Assembly (NCBI RefSeq): GCF_016593155.1
Contig: NZ_AP023215.1
Location: 180,001-212,000, forward strand
Length of the DNA: 32,000 nt
DNA from: Candidatus Saccharimonadota bacterium
GTDB taxonomy: Bacteria; Pseudomonadota; Gammaproteobacteria; Burkholderiales; Burkholderiaceae
Reading direction: 5' to 3'
Each line of letters begins with the position of its first letter. Position 1 is the stretch's first letter. The translations under genes were made by a program, and so were the position numbers. The notes under the pieces are model-generated. The model had not been told where the DNA came from. It made no database searches and was given only the letters and a program-made list of their open reading frames with translations. Positions 11,373 through 21,417 of the stretch are shown here, one piece after another.

Positions 11373-12357
11373 TTATGAATTTTTAAGATAAGAATTAAGT
11401 ATATCTCGAAACCTATCTATAATTAAACTAATAGAAATTATTATAAAAAATAAAACTAATCCAATAATAACGCTAAAAATACCAAAAATCATTGATAAGG
11501 TCAGATTTAATAATTTAAACTTCTAAACCAAGAAAAAATAAAGTAGATTCCAAAGAAATTTCTGAAGAAATTTATAAAGTAAAAAAAAATTATTAATGGA
11601 GAAATACAATTAGGTAAAAGATAAAAAACATATTATTCGTTGTAATACTGATAAAATAATCCTAAAATTAATCTAATAATTAATGCAGCACAAATTCTAT
11701 TTAAACTCACTATATAACTTTTTTATAATAAATGAACGTAAATATCAATAATAAAATAAATTATATCAATCAATAAATTTATTATAAAAAATATTAATAA
11801 AATAAACATTAAAAATGAAACAATACCAATAAATCAAGAACGAAAATAGAATCAATTAATAGTTTACTAATACCAAGACAATCACAAAAAATAGATAATA
11901 ATAGTAATATAATGAAATATTAATTATTATTGTAATTAATATAAATACTTAAGTCTATATAAGGTTAAAAATCAAAATAAAATATTAAAATTAAGCCCGT
12001 TTCCAAAAACTGAAAATATTATAATAATTTTACAATTATATTTTTAAGATTTAATTCAGATAATAAACCAAAGGGAAAATCAAATATTATAAATAAAAAT
12101 ATCGTTGTAATTGTTAATTACTGATTATATAAAATTAATTTTATTTAAAGAATACGTAAGAATTTTTCTTATTACCATTTATAAATATTTTTAAAAATAT
12201 TAAAAAATATTAAATATTGTTCACATAATTTTTTTAAAACTAAATAATTCAATAATTTTATTTTTTTTATTTGTGAAACATCTAAACTAATTAAAGTATC
12301 AATTTTAATAAAATAAAAATACTCTGAAAAATTCTTTTTGGAAATAAAAATTAACAT
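11373..12357 (-). pseudogene. Opp/Dpp-type ABC transporter permease (OppC/DppC-like) pseudogene
   Basis: ISSEISLESTLFFLGLEV* lies at 11518-11562 (cf. a.l.ea.LSFLGLGV). The C-terminal 39 codons, MIFGIFSVIIGLVLFFIIISISLIIDRFRDILNSYLKNS*, lie at 11373-11492 (cf. ..fNllGDgLRDaLDPrlk) but in a different frame. A weaker GLLSELNLKNII at about 12069 sits at the position of GTD.lGRDvl. The stop is 1 nt before the ATPase ATG (TAAtATG). The 5' boundary is approximate; track ORF 12172-12357 is probably its N-terminal piece. Confidence 0.7.
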
Positions 12358-12476
12358 ACTCGTATTATTATTAATAAAATTTAATTTTAAATAAAAATTT
12401 CTATTTTTATATTAATATTGAAAATTATACATTTTTTGAATAATTATTTTTATTATTATTAAATTTTTAAAATTTA

Positions 12477-12505
12477 ATAAGGCGCCGTCTTATTAAGCGC
12501 CTTAT
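12477..12505 (-). terminator. Putative intrinsic terminator hairpin downstream of htpG
   Basis: A perfect 9-bp stem, ATAAGGCGC / GCGCCTTAT (12477-12485 pairs with 12497-12505), with an 11-nt loop. It starts 38 nt past the htpG stop. On the minus strand it is followed by AT/T-rich sequence. It is the only GC-rich element in this spacer. Confidence 0.55.
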
Positions 12506-12542
12506 ACTTATACTTATATTAATAGCATGTTGAATAGTATAA

Positions 12543-14471
12543 TTATTTTGTTAATAACATTTCATTAAGTCTTCTTACAAAATCCATTGGATCATTTAAA
12601 ATACCATTTTCTGCTAATAAAGCTTGATCAAATAAAATATGCGACCAATTATGAATTTTATCATGATTTAATTGAATACGTTGTATTAAAGCATGATTAG
12701 GATTAATTTCTAAAATTGGTTTTGAATTAGGGGTCTCTTGACCAGCGACTTTTAACATACGAATCATATTTCCAGAAGGTTCATTTTCATCTACAACTAA
12801 ACACGCCGGAGAATCAGTTAAACGATATGTAACACGCACATCTTTAGCTTTTTCAGATAATATTTTCTTCATTTCTTCAATAAGATTTTGAAATTTAACT
12901 TCAGTTTCCTTTTGTTGCTTTTTATCTGATTCATTTTCTAAATTTCCAAGATCAAGATTACCTTTTGTAATTGATACTAATTCTTTATTTTCAAATTTTG
13001 GTATAAATGATAACATCCATTCATCAACACGATCTGTTAACAATAATACTTCAATAGATTTTTTCTGAAATATTTCTAAATGTGGACTATTTTTTACGGA
13101 TTTATAATTTTCTCCTGTAATATAATATATTTTACTTTGCCCTTCTTTCATCCGTTTTATATACTCCATAAAAGAAACATTTTGAATATCACTATCATTA
13201 TTTGTTGATGCAAATCGCAAAAGTTTAGATATTCGTTCTTTATTATTACTATCTTCTCCAATACCTTCTTTAATTACTTGACCAAATTCTTTCCAAAAAT
13301 TAGCATATTTTATTATTTTTTCTTTATCACTGCTAGTTGATAAGTCTTCTAAAATATTTAATATACGTTTAGCAGAACTTTCTCGAATAACTTTAATATC
13401 ACGTGATTCCTGCAAAATTTCTCGTGAAACATTTAATGGTAAATTATTAGAATCTATTACACCTTTTACAAAACGCAAATAAGTTGGTAATAATTGTTCA
13501 GCATCATCCATAATAAATACACGTTTAACATATAATTTAATGCCATTACGCTTATTTCTATCCCATAAATCATATGGAGCTCGACTTGGAATATATAATA
13601 ACTGTATATATTCATTACGACCTTCAACATGATTATGAGTATAAATTAAAGGCTTCTCAAAATCATGTGATATATGTTTATAAAATTCTATGTATTGTTC
13701 ATCTGTAATTTCAGATTTTCTTCTAGCCCATAAAGCATTAGCTTGATTAATAACCTCAAATTCATTATCACTAATGATAGTTTCCTTTTTTTCTTCATCC
13801 CAAGTTTCTTTATACATTTTTATTGGAAATGAAATATGATCTGAATATTTTCTAATAATTGATTTTAATTTCCATGAAGATAAATATTCTTCTTCTTTTG
13901 AACGTAAATAAAGAGTAATATCAGTCCCTCTATTTTTTTTTGTTATAGTTTCTATAGTAAAATTTCCAGAACCTTCAGATTCCCAGAGCACTCCCTCTGT
14001 AATAGGGCTATTAACATGACGACTTTTAACTATAATTTTTTTAGAAACAATAAAAGCTGAATAAAACCCTACTCCGAACTGCCCAATTAAAAAAGCATCT
14101 TTTTTTTGATCACCAGATAATTTTGAAAAAAACTCTTGTGTTCCTGATTTTGCAATAGTTCCTAAATTCGTAATTATATCATTACGATTCATCCCAATTC
14201 CATTATCAGAAATATTAATAGTTCTCTTGTCTTTATCAAAAGTAATAATAATTTCTAAATCAGTATTATCAATTGATATAACCTTATTATTAACTAACTC
14301 AAAACGAAACTTGTCTAACGCATCTGACGCATTAGAAATTAATTCTCGTAAAAAAATTTCTTTATTAGAATATAAAGAATGAATCATTAATTGAAGTAAT
14401 TGCTTTACTTCTGCTTGAAATCCTAAGGTTTGTTTTTTTTTTATAATTGATTCTTGTTCAAAATTTTTCAT
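12543..14471 (-). CDS. htpG: Molecular chaperone HtpG (Hsp90)
   Basis: 642 aa. It carries the GHKL ATPase motifs [18 protein letters not shown] and [11 protein letters not shown]. It is collinear with bacterial Hsp90 throughout. Confidence 0.96.
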   Translation of the reverse strand: MKNFEQESIIKKKQTLGFQAEVKQLLQLMIHSLYSNKEIFLRELISNASDALDKFRFELVNNKVISIDNTDLEIIITFDKDKRTINISDNGIGMNRNDIITNLGTIAKSGTQEFFSKLSGDQKKDAFLIGQFGVGFYSAFIVSKKIIVKSRHVNSPITEGVLWESEGSGNFTIETITKKNRGTDITLYLRSKEEEYLSSWKLKSIIRKYSDHISFPIKMYKETWDEEKKETIISDNEFEVINQANALWARRKSEITDEQYIEFYKHISHDFEKPLIYTHNHVEGRNEYIQLLYIPSRAPYDLWDRNKRNGIKLYVKRVFIMDDAEQLLPTYLRFVKGVIDSNNLPLNVSREILQESRDIKVIRESSAKRILNILEDLSTSSDKEKIIKYANFWKEFGQVIKEGIGEDSNNKERISKLLRFASTNNDSDIQNVSFMEYIKRMKEGQSKIYYITGENYKSVKNSPHLEIFQKKSIEVLLLTDRVDEWMLSFIPKFENKELVSITKGNLDLGNLENESDKKQQKETEVKFQNLIEEMKKILSEKAKDVRVTYRLTDSPACLVVDENEPSGNMIRMLKVAGQETPNSKPILEINPNHALIQRIQLNHDKIHNWSHILFDQALLAENGILNDPMDFVRRLNEMLLTK

Positions 14472-14734
14472 TTTTATTCCCGAAAAATTATATAAAATAA
14501 ATTTAAATTTAGTATTTATTAAAATTTTAAAAACTATTTTTAAAATATATATTATTTCTTTAAAAAAATAAATAAAAATTAAGTATTATTTATGTAAAAA
14601 ATATTTTTTATATTTAATTCTTATAATTTTATCTCTAATAAGAAATTATTTCTACAACATTAAATATTATTAAAATTTTTATCATACTTTTCAAAAGTAT
14701 TTATTAATGATAGAATTAATAATAATTTTTTTAG

Positions 14735-14807
14735 GCCTACGTAGCTCAGTGGATAGAGCAATCCTCTCCTAAGGGATGTGTCATACGTTCGACTCGTATC
14801 GTGGGCA
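14735..14807 (+). tRNA. tRNA-Arg (anticodon CCU, 14768-14770)
   Basis: 73 nt that I folded by hand. The acceptor stem is GCCTACG/CGTGGGC (one G-U pair) with discriminator A. The D-arm is GCTC-AGTGGATA-GAGC with A20. The anticodon stem is ATCCT/GGGAT and the loop is CTCCTAA. The T-arm is ATACG-TTCGACT-CGTAT. CCA is not encoded. Confidence 0.88.
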
Positions 14808-14903
14808 TTTCACTTTTAAAGTTAATATATTTAATAAAAAATAAAATTTTTTATTTATAAAAATTACAATAATTATAAAAATTTATATAATAAAAATAAT
14901 TTT

Positions 14904-15176
14904 TTAAGAAATAAAATTTAATTCTTTAATAACTTTATATAATTTTCTTTTTTGGCGAGCTGCTTTATTTTTATGAATTATTTTTTTATTAGCAATAATA
15001 TCAATTTTTGATATCGCTTTTTTATAAAAAATTAATGTAATTTCTTTATTTCCGCTTGCGATAGATTTTCGTACACTTTTTATAGCAGTTCGATAAGAAG
15101 AGCGTTGACTAGAATTATGAATATTTTTTTTTATTGATTGACGTACACGTTTTTTTGATTGTAAGGTATTTGCCAT
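14904..15176 (-). CDS. rpsT: 30S ribosomal protein S20
   Basis: 90 aa, very basic. It has the N-terminal MANTLQSKKRVRQS... and ..HKNKAARQKRKL typical of bS20. Confidence 0.93.
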   Translation of the reverse strand: MANTLQSKKRVRQSIKKNIHNSSQRSSYRTAIKSVRKSIASGNKEITLIFYKKAISKIDIIANKKIIHKNKAARQKRKLYKVIKELNFIS

Positions 15177-15400
15177 AATTATCCTAATAAAATATTAAAA
15201 AATAAAAATTAAAAAAATTATATATTAAATAATTATAAAATTATTAATACGTATTTTTTGTTTTAAAAAGAATAATCATCAAATATGCTAGTATAATTAA
15301 TTCTAATTTAGAAATTATTTTATTTATAATAAAAACTCTTTAATTAAATACATTTTTAATTAATTTAAAATGGAAAATTATAATTATTAATAGGATTTAT

Positions 15401-16969
15401 ATGAGTTTACATAAAACCTTTATTACCATATCTAGTATAACATTATTTTCTCGTATTACAGGATTATTTCGTGAAATATTATTTGCTCGCGTATTTGGTG
15501 CATCAATATATACTGATGCTTTTAATATAGCTTTTCGTATTCCAAATTTATTACGAAGATTATTTGCTGAAGGCGCATTTTCACAAGCATTTGTACCAAT
15601 TTTAACTGAATATAAAAATAAAAAAGGTGATGTTGCTACTAAAAAACTAATTGATCATGTTGCCACTGTACTAATTTGGTTTATGTTTTTTATTTGTATT
15701 ATTGGTATTATTATAGCTCCAATTATTGTTTATTTAGTTGCCACAGGTTTTATTGATAACTATAAAATATTCAGCATTACCGTATCATTAACAAGAATAA
15801 TGTTTCCATATGTTGGTTTTATGGCATTTATAACGCTAACAAGTAGTATTCTTAACATTTGGTCTCAATTTAAAATACCAGCTTTTACGCCTATATTATT
15901 AAATATTTCATGTATCTCGATTTTATTATTAATTTCCTTTCTTATAAAACAATCAATTTATTTTATGGCATTTGCTGTAATATTGGGTGGTTTATTACAA
16001 ATTATCATACAAATTCCTTCATTAATTAAAATTGGAATGTTTCCTAATATTAAATTAAATCCAAGTCATGGATTTAAAAATATTGCTGTACGTCGTATTT
16101 TAAAAAAAATGGGCCCCTCAATATTCTCTGTATTTGCCGCACAAATTAGTTTAATGCTTAATACTAATATTGCCTCTAAAATGAAAGATGGAAGTCTTTC
16201 TTGTTTATCATATGCAGATCGTTTAATGGAATTTCCAACTGCTTTACTTGGTGTAACATTCAATACTATTTTATTACCTAATCTTTCAAAAGCTAGAATT
16301 GAAAGTAATATAGAGGAATATTCCGCAATATTAGATTGGAGTTTACGATTAACTTTTTTATTGGCAGCGCCATGCTCTATTATTTTAATAACATTATCAT
16401 CAGCTTTAACAGCTACTATATTCAATTATGGAAAATTTAATTCTGAATCAGTGATAATGACTAGTAATGCATTAATAGCCTATGGTATTGGATTAATTGG
16501 CTTAGTAATGGTCAAAATATTAACTCCAGGTTTTTATGCTATACAAGATATTAAAACTCCTATTATAATTATGATTAGTGTTTTAATTATTATTCAATTA
16601 ATGAATTATTTACTTGTTCCAATTTTTGCTCATGCAGGATTAGCTTTATCAATAGGATTAGGAGCATGTTTACATGCTAGCTTCCTTTATTGGAATTTAC
16701 GTCGTAAACGTGTATACATTCCATGTATTGGATGGGGTATTTTTTTTATAAGATTAATAATAGCCTTATTATTATTAATAATAATTTCATTATGGGGGAA
16801 TTCTTATTTTAATTGGGTAGAAATGCGAGCTCATCCTATATTTAGAATTGTAGCTTTATTATTAATTCTTTCTTTTTGTGGAATAACTTATTTTTTTTCT
16901 TTAAGAATTATGGGGTTTCGTTTTAAAGAATTTAGATACGTTAAAAATTTAATAGATAAAGAAATATAA
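15401..16969 (+). CDS. murJ: Lipid II flippase MurJ (MviN)
   Basis: 522-aa polytopic membrane protein. Its N-terminus SSITLFSRITGLFREILFARVFGAS matches [25 protein letters not shown] of E. coli MurJ. It also carries FNIAFRIPNLLRRLFAEGAFSQAFVP. Confidence 0.92.
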   Translation: MSLHKTFITISSITLFSRITGLFREILFARVFGASIYTDAFNIAFRIPNLLRRLFAEGAFSQAFVPILTEYKNKKGDVATKKLIDHVATVLIWFMFFICIIGIIIAPIIVYLVATGFIDNYKIFSITVSLTRIMFPYVGFMAFITLTSSILNIWSQFKIPAFTPILLNISCISILLLISFLIKQSIYFMAFAVILGGLLQIIIQIPSLIKIGMFPNIKLNPSHGFKNIAVRRILKKMGPSIFSVFAAQISLMLNTNIASKMKDGSLSCLSYADRLMEFPTALLGVTFNTILLPNLSKARIESNIEEYSAILDWSLRLTFLLAAPCSIILITLSSALTATIFNYGKFNSESVIMTSNALIAYGIGLIGLVMVKILTPGFYAIQDIKTPIIIMISVLIIIQLMNYLLVPIFAHAGLALSIGLGACLHASFLYWNLRRKRVYIPCIGWGIFFIRLIIALLLLIIISLWGNSYFNWVEMRAHPIFRIVALLLILSFCGITYFFSLRIMGFRFKEFRYVKNLIDKEI

Positions 16970-17059
16970 ATTTTAAAATAATAATTTTTATATTAAATTA
17001 ATAATTTTATATTAAAATATATAAATTATTGAAAAAATTTTATAAACTTATAAATTTAA

Positions 17060-18004
17060 ATGTTACAAAAAACAAAAAACCAAAAACATAAAACAGTTTT
17101 TTTAAATGAAGCAATAAATTGGTTAAATATTAAAAATGAACGCATTAATGGTATTTACATAGATGCTACATTTGGGCAAGGGGGGCATTCTTATAAAATT
17201 CTTGAACGCTTGGGAAAAAGGGGGCGTTTAATAGCTATTGATAAAGATATAGAATCTGTTGCTTTAGGAAATAAAATTACTGATTCTCGTTTTTCAATTA
17301 TACATAATTGTTTTACTAAATTAGATATAATTTTAAAAAAATATAATATTCAAAAAATAGATGGAATATTATTTGATTTAGGTATTTCATCTAATCAAAT
17401 TAATAATGCATTACGCGGATTTAGTTTTTTATTAGACGGACCATTAGATATGAGAATGGATATTACATGCGGTATATCAGCCTCAAAATGGCTAGCTAAT
17501 GCAACGGAATTTAATATTAAAAAAGTAATACGAGATTATGGAGAAGAACGATTTGCCACAAAAATTGCAAAAAAAATTGTTCATTATCGATCTATTACTC
17601 CTATTACAAGAACAAAACAATTAGTTGAAATTATATTAAAATCTACTAGAAATAACAAAAAATACAAAAATCCAGCAACCAGAACATTTCAGGCTATACG
17701 AATTTATATTAATCAAGAACTAAAAAATCTTTTAATAGCCTTAAAAATGGGATTTAAAAAATTAAATAAAAAAGGACGAATTGTAGTAATTAGTTTTCAT
17801 TCTTTAGAGGATAGAATTGTTAAAAATTTTATAAATTTAAATATTAAAATTCCTTACATAGATCGTCGTTTACCTATCTATAATTATTTATTTAAACCAA
17901 AAATGAAATTTTTGGCGCGTTGTAAACCAAGTAATCTTGAAATTGAAAAAAATTTTAGTGCACGCTCCGCGATCATGCGAGTTTTTGAAAAAATATCTTT
18001 ATAA
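17060..18004 (+). CDS. rsmH: 16S rRNA (cytosine1402-N4)-methyltransferase
   Basis: 314 aa. Motifs present: DATFGQGGHS, DLGISSNQ, GPLDMRMD, ERFA.KIA..I and SFHSLEDRIVK. Confidence 0.93.
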   Translation: MLQKTKNQKHKTVFLNEAINWLNIKNERINGIYIDATFGQGGHSYKILERLGKRGRLIAIDKDIESVALGNKITDSRFSIIHNCFTKLDIILKKYNIQKIDGILFDLGISSNQINNALRGFSFLLDGPLDMRMDITCGISASKWLANATEFNIKKVIRDYGEERFATKIAKKIVHYRSITPITRTKQLVEIILKSTRNNKKYKNPATRTFQAIRIYINQELKNLLIALKMGFKKLNKKGRIVVISFHSLEDRIVKNFINLNIKIPYIDRRLPIYNYLFKPKMKFLARCKPSNLEIEKNFSARSAIMRVFEKISL

Positions 18005-18062
18005 AATAAGTAAAACTTAATACTTTTAATATTAATGATAAAATTATTATATTAAACTGATT

Positions 18063-18914
18063 ATGTATAAATTATTTAAACAATTAAAAATATGCTCTAA
18101 ATCATTATTTTTAAGGCGTGAAATTGCCTTAAGAATGCACGAAAAATTAGATTTAATTAAATTAAAACCAAAAAATATTCTAGATGCTGGTTGCGGCGAA
18201 GGATTTGATATTTTTTTACTAAAAAAACGTTTTATAAATTCTAATATTATAGGACTAGATAAATCTATACAAATGTTAAAATTATCTAAAAAAAATATTA
18301 TTAATAACTCAATTTTAAAAAAATTACCATATCATTCATTTTTTATAAAAAATTTCTTAAAAAAATTTTTTGATATTTATTTAGTTACCGGAAATTTTTT
18401 AAAATCACCATTTTATTCTAATATTTTTAATATTATTTGGTGTAATTTAGCTATATTTTGGAATCCTCAATTAAAAAAAATTTTTTATGAATGGTTTCGG
18501 TTAACAAAAAATAATGGTTTAATTATATTTTCTTGTTTTGGTTTAAGTACATTAAAAGAATTAAATTCTATTATTTTAAAAACAAAATTAAAATCTAATA
18601 TATCACCATTATTACCATTAATGGATATGCATAATTTAGGAAATATTCTTATAGATATAGGTTTTATAGATCCTATTATTGATATAGAAAAAATTACAAT
18701 TACTTATACTTCTCCTGAAAAAATGTTAAAAGATATTCAATCATTAGGAGGAAATTTATTTAAAATATATAACAAAAATTTTTTTGAAAAAAAATTTTAT
18801 CATAAAATGATTAAAAAATTATTAATAAAATATTTAAATATTAATAAAAAAATTTCATTAACATACGAAATAATATTTATTCATGCTTTTAAACCAAAAA
18901 AAATAAAAAAATAA
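18063..18914 (+). CDS. Class I SAM-dependent methyltransferase, BioC-like (possible malonyl-ACP O-methyltransferase)
   Basis: 283 aa with SAM motif I ILDAGCGEG. FNIIWCNLAIFWNPQLKKIFYEWFRLTKNNGLIIFSCFGLSTLKEL aligns by eye to E. coli BioC FDLAWSNLAVQWCGNL...[25 protein letters not shown]. The C-terminal LTYEIIFIHAFK matches LTYHLFLGVIA. I am confident of the family, less so of the specific function. Confidence 0.6.
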   Translation: MYKLFKQLKICSKSLFLRREIALRMHEKLDLIKLKPKNILDAGCGEGFDIFLLKKRFINSNIIGLDKSIQMLKLSKKNIINNSILKKLPYHSFFIKNFLKKFFDIYLVTGNFLKSPFYSNIFNIIWCNLAIFWNPQLKKIFYEWFRLTKNNGLIIFSCFGLSTLKELNSIILKTKLKSNISPLLPLMDMHNLGNILIDIGFIDPIIDIEKITITYTSPEKMLKDIQSLGGNLFKIYNKNFFEKKFYHKMIKKLLIKYLNINKKISLTYEIIFIHAFKPKKIKK

Positions 18915-18919
18915 TTTCT

Positions 18920-19282
18920 ATGAATAACTGCATTTTTTGTAAAATAGTTCAAAATCATATTTCTTCTAATTCTTTATATGAGGATAAAGAAATAAAAATA
19001 ATTAAAGATATTTATCCAATAGCACCAATACATTTTTTAATTATCCCAAAAAAACACATAGAAACATTAACAAATTGTAATAATAAACATATTATGTTAC
19101 TTGGAAAAATGATTCTTTTAGCTTCGGATATGGCAAATAAATATGGATTTGAATATAAAATTTCTTCTAAGGGAGATAGAATTGGTGGATATAAAGTTAT
19201 TTGCAATACCGGGCCAAATGCTGGTCAAGAAATATATCATTTACATTTTCATATATTAAGCACATTTAAACATGATAAATAG
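18920..19282 (+). CDS. HIT-family (histidine triad) nucleotide-binding protein
   Basis: 120 aa. It starts CIFCKI and carries the histidine triad HLHFHIL near the C-terminus. Confidence 0.87.
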   Translation: MNNCIFCKIVQNHISSNSLYEDKEIKIIKDIYPIAPIHFLIIPKKHIETLTNCNNKHIMLLGKMILLASDMANKYGFEYKISSKGDRIGGYKVICNTGPNAGQEIYHLHFHILSTFKHDK

Positions 19283-20045
19283 AGATATATTAACTAAATT
19301 TTTAGAAAAAAAACTAAATATTAAAAAATATGAAGACTATTGCCCAAATGGTTTACAGGTTGAAGGTCGCTCAAAGATAAATGTTATTATCACTGGCGTT
19401 ACAGCCAGTCTAGATTTAATAAAAACAGCAGTTGATATGAAGGCAGATGCAATTTTAGTGCATCATGGATATTTTTGGAGGGGAGAGGATTTTAACGTTA
19501 TAGGTATCAATAAAAAAAGATTAGAACAATTAATAATGAATAAAATAAACTTATACGTTTATCATTTACCATTAGATATGCATCCTAGATTAGGAAATAA
19601 TGCACAATTAGCAAAAATTTTAAATTTTTCTTGCACAAGAAGATTTTCTAAAAATAATATAGGCTGGATAGGAAAAATTATAAATTTTAAAAAATATAAT
19701 TTTCAAGAAATTATAACCATAAAAGACTTATTCAATCATATTACAAGAAAAATAGGACGAAAACCAATAGTTATTGGAAATTTAGATAAAAAAATAGATG
19801 AAATTGGATGGTGTACTGGAGCAGCTCAAAATTTATTAATAGACGCAATTAATGCAGGAGTTAGCGCTTATATTAGTGGAGAAATTTCCGAATCAACTGT
19901 ATATACCTCCCGTGAAAGTGGTGTTGCTTATTTTGCTGCCGGACACCACGCAACAGAAAGATATGGAATTAAGGCTTTGGGAGAATATTTAGAAAAAAAA
20001 TTTAAAATAAATAATTATTTTATCGATATTGATAACATAATTTAG
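19272..20045 (+). CDS. Nif3-like dinuclear metal centre protein (YbgI/GTP cyclohydrolase 1 type 2 family)
   Basis: 257 aa. It carries LVHHGYFW, YHLPLDMHP.GNN and AAGHHATERYG. Its ATG overlaps the HIT gene by 11 nt. Confidence 0.85.
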   Translation: MINRDILTKFLEKKLNIKKYEDYCPNGLQVEGRSKINVIITGVTASLDLIKTAVDMKADAILVHHGYFWRGEDFNVIGINKKRLEQLIMNKINLYVYHLPLDMHPRLGNNAQLAKILNFSCTRRFSKNNIGWIGKIINFKKYNFQEIITIKDLFNHITRKIGRKPIVIGNLDKKIDEIGWCTGAAQNLLIDAINAGVSAYISGEISESTVYTSRESGVAYFAAGHHATERYGIKALGEYLEKKFKINNYFIDIDNII

Positions 20046-20055
20046 TTTATAAATA

Positions 20056-21390
20056 TTATAATACATATCGTGATAAATCTTCATCTATAAATAAATCTCC
20101 TAATCGAGAATTAACATAATTCGCGTCAATTAATAATGATATATTATTATCACTGGCAGTAAATGAAACCTCCTCTAATAACTTTTCCATAGCCGTATAT
20201 AAGCGACGTGCGCCTATATTTTCGGTTTTTTCATTAATACAATAAGCAATTTCAGCAATTCTTTGAATACCATCGTCAACAAATTCAATTTTTACACCCT
20301 CAGTAGCTAAAAGCGCTTCATATTGTTTCGTTAAACAAAAATCTGTTGATGTCATAATACGAGAAAAATCTGATATAGATAAAGAATCTAATTCAACTCT
20401 AATTGGAAATCGTCCTTGTAATTCAGGAATTAAATCAGAGGGTTTTGCTAAATGAAATGCACCAGAAGCAATAAAAAGAATATGATCTGTTTTAATTATT
20501 CCGTATTTAGTATTAACCGTGGTTCCTTCAACTAATGGAAGTAAATCACGTTGCACTCCCGCTCTAGAGACATCAGTATTATTATTTTGAGAAGAACGAG
20601 TTGTTATTTTATCAATTTCATCTAAAAAAACAATTCCATTTTGTTCAACATTATAAATTGCTTTTTTTTGTATTTCTTCTTCATTTAATAGATTATTAGC
20701 CTCTTCATCAATTAAAAATTTTATTGCTTCTCGTATTTTTATTTTACGAGTTTTTTTTCTATTATTTCCGATTATAGAAAACATAGTTTTTATTTGAGCG
20801 GTCATTTCTTCCATTCCAGGAGGAGACATAATTTCCATTTGAGGGCCACTATCATTTAATTCAATTTCAATTTCCTTATCATTTAAAGCGCCCTCTCGTA
20901 AACGTTTACGTAAAATTTTTCGTGTAAAAATATAATTATTTTCATTATTAGAATCTGAATCTAAATTAGATTTTTCTTTATAAGGCACTAAAATATCAAT
21001 AACACGATCTTCTGCCGCATCTTCAGCACGAGTTCGTACTTTACGTATTTCAAACTCTCTAGTTTGTTTAATACTAATATCTATCAAATCACGAATAATA
21101 GTATCCACATCACGACCAACATAACCAACTTCAGTAAATTTAGTTGCTTCAATTTTAATAAATGGCGCATTAGATAATTTTGCTAATCTACGTGCAATTT
21201 CTGTTTTTCCAACTCCAGTTGGACCAATCATTAAAATATTTTTAGGTGTAATTTCTTGTTGCAATGGCCCGGTAATTTTTTGGCGTCTCCAACGATTACG
21301 TAATGCAATTGCTACTGCTCTTTTCGCGCTATTTTGACCAATTACATATTTATCGAGTTCAGAAACAATTTCTTTAGGCGTCATATTCAT
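20056..21390 (-). CDS. hslU: ATP-dependent protease ATPase subunit HslU
   Basis: 444 aa. It starts [17 protein letters not shown]. Walker A is [15 protein letters not shown] and Walker B is [10 protein letters not shown]. It ends ..EDLSRYVL. Confidence 0.96.
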   Translation of the reverse strand: MNMTPKEIVSELDKYVIGQNSAKRAVAIALRNRWRRQKITGPLQQEITPKNILMIGPTGVGKTEIARRLAKLSNAPFIKIEATKFTEVGYVGRDVDTIIRDLIDISIKQTREFEIRKVRTRAEDAAEDRVIDILVPYKEKSNLDSDSNNENNYIFTRKILRKRLREGALNDKEIEIELNDSGPQMEIMSPPGMEEMTAQIKTMFSIIGNNRKKTRKIKIREAIKFLIDEEANNLLNEEEIQKKAIYNVEQNGIVFLDEIDKITTRSSQNNNTDVSRAGVQRDLLPLVEGTTVNTKYGIIKTDHILFIASGAFHLAKPSDLIPELQGRFPIRVELDSLSISDFSRIMTSTDFCLTKQYEALLATEGVKIEFVDDGIQRIAEIAYCINEKTENIGARRLYTAMEKLLEEVSFTASDNNISLLIDANYVNSRLGDLFIDEDLSRYVL

Positions 21391-21417
21391 AATATTATTA
21401 TTTTTATTTAATAAAAT

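Noticed and set aside
14472-14560. Sigma-32 heat-shock promoter upstream of htpG. I also looked upstream of hslV at 21991-22172.
   Set aside because: I found no CTTGAA...CCCCAT-like pair. The spacers are almost pure A/T with many TATAAT-like strings, so no promoter can be called reliably by eye.
16066-16425. 119-aa ORF antisense to murJ, unusually long for this AT content.
   Set aside because: The plus strand here is clearly MurJ. The antisense product has no recognisable motif or start context. It is a by-product of the codon bias of a hydrophobic membrane protein gene.
19012-19206. 64-aa ORF antisense to the HIT gene.
   Set aside because: It is a shadow ORF with no support.
21101-21109. 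DnaA-box-like GTATCCACA.
   Set aside because: It is a single 8/9 match inside the hslU coding sequence. There is no cluster and no adjacent AT-rich unwinding element specific to an origin.
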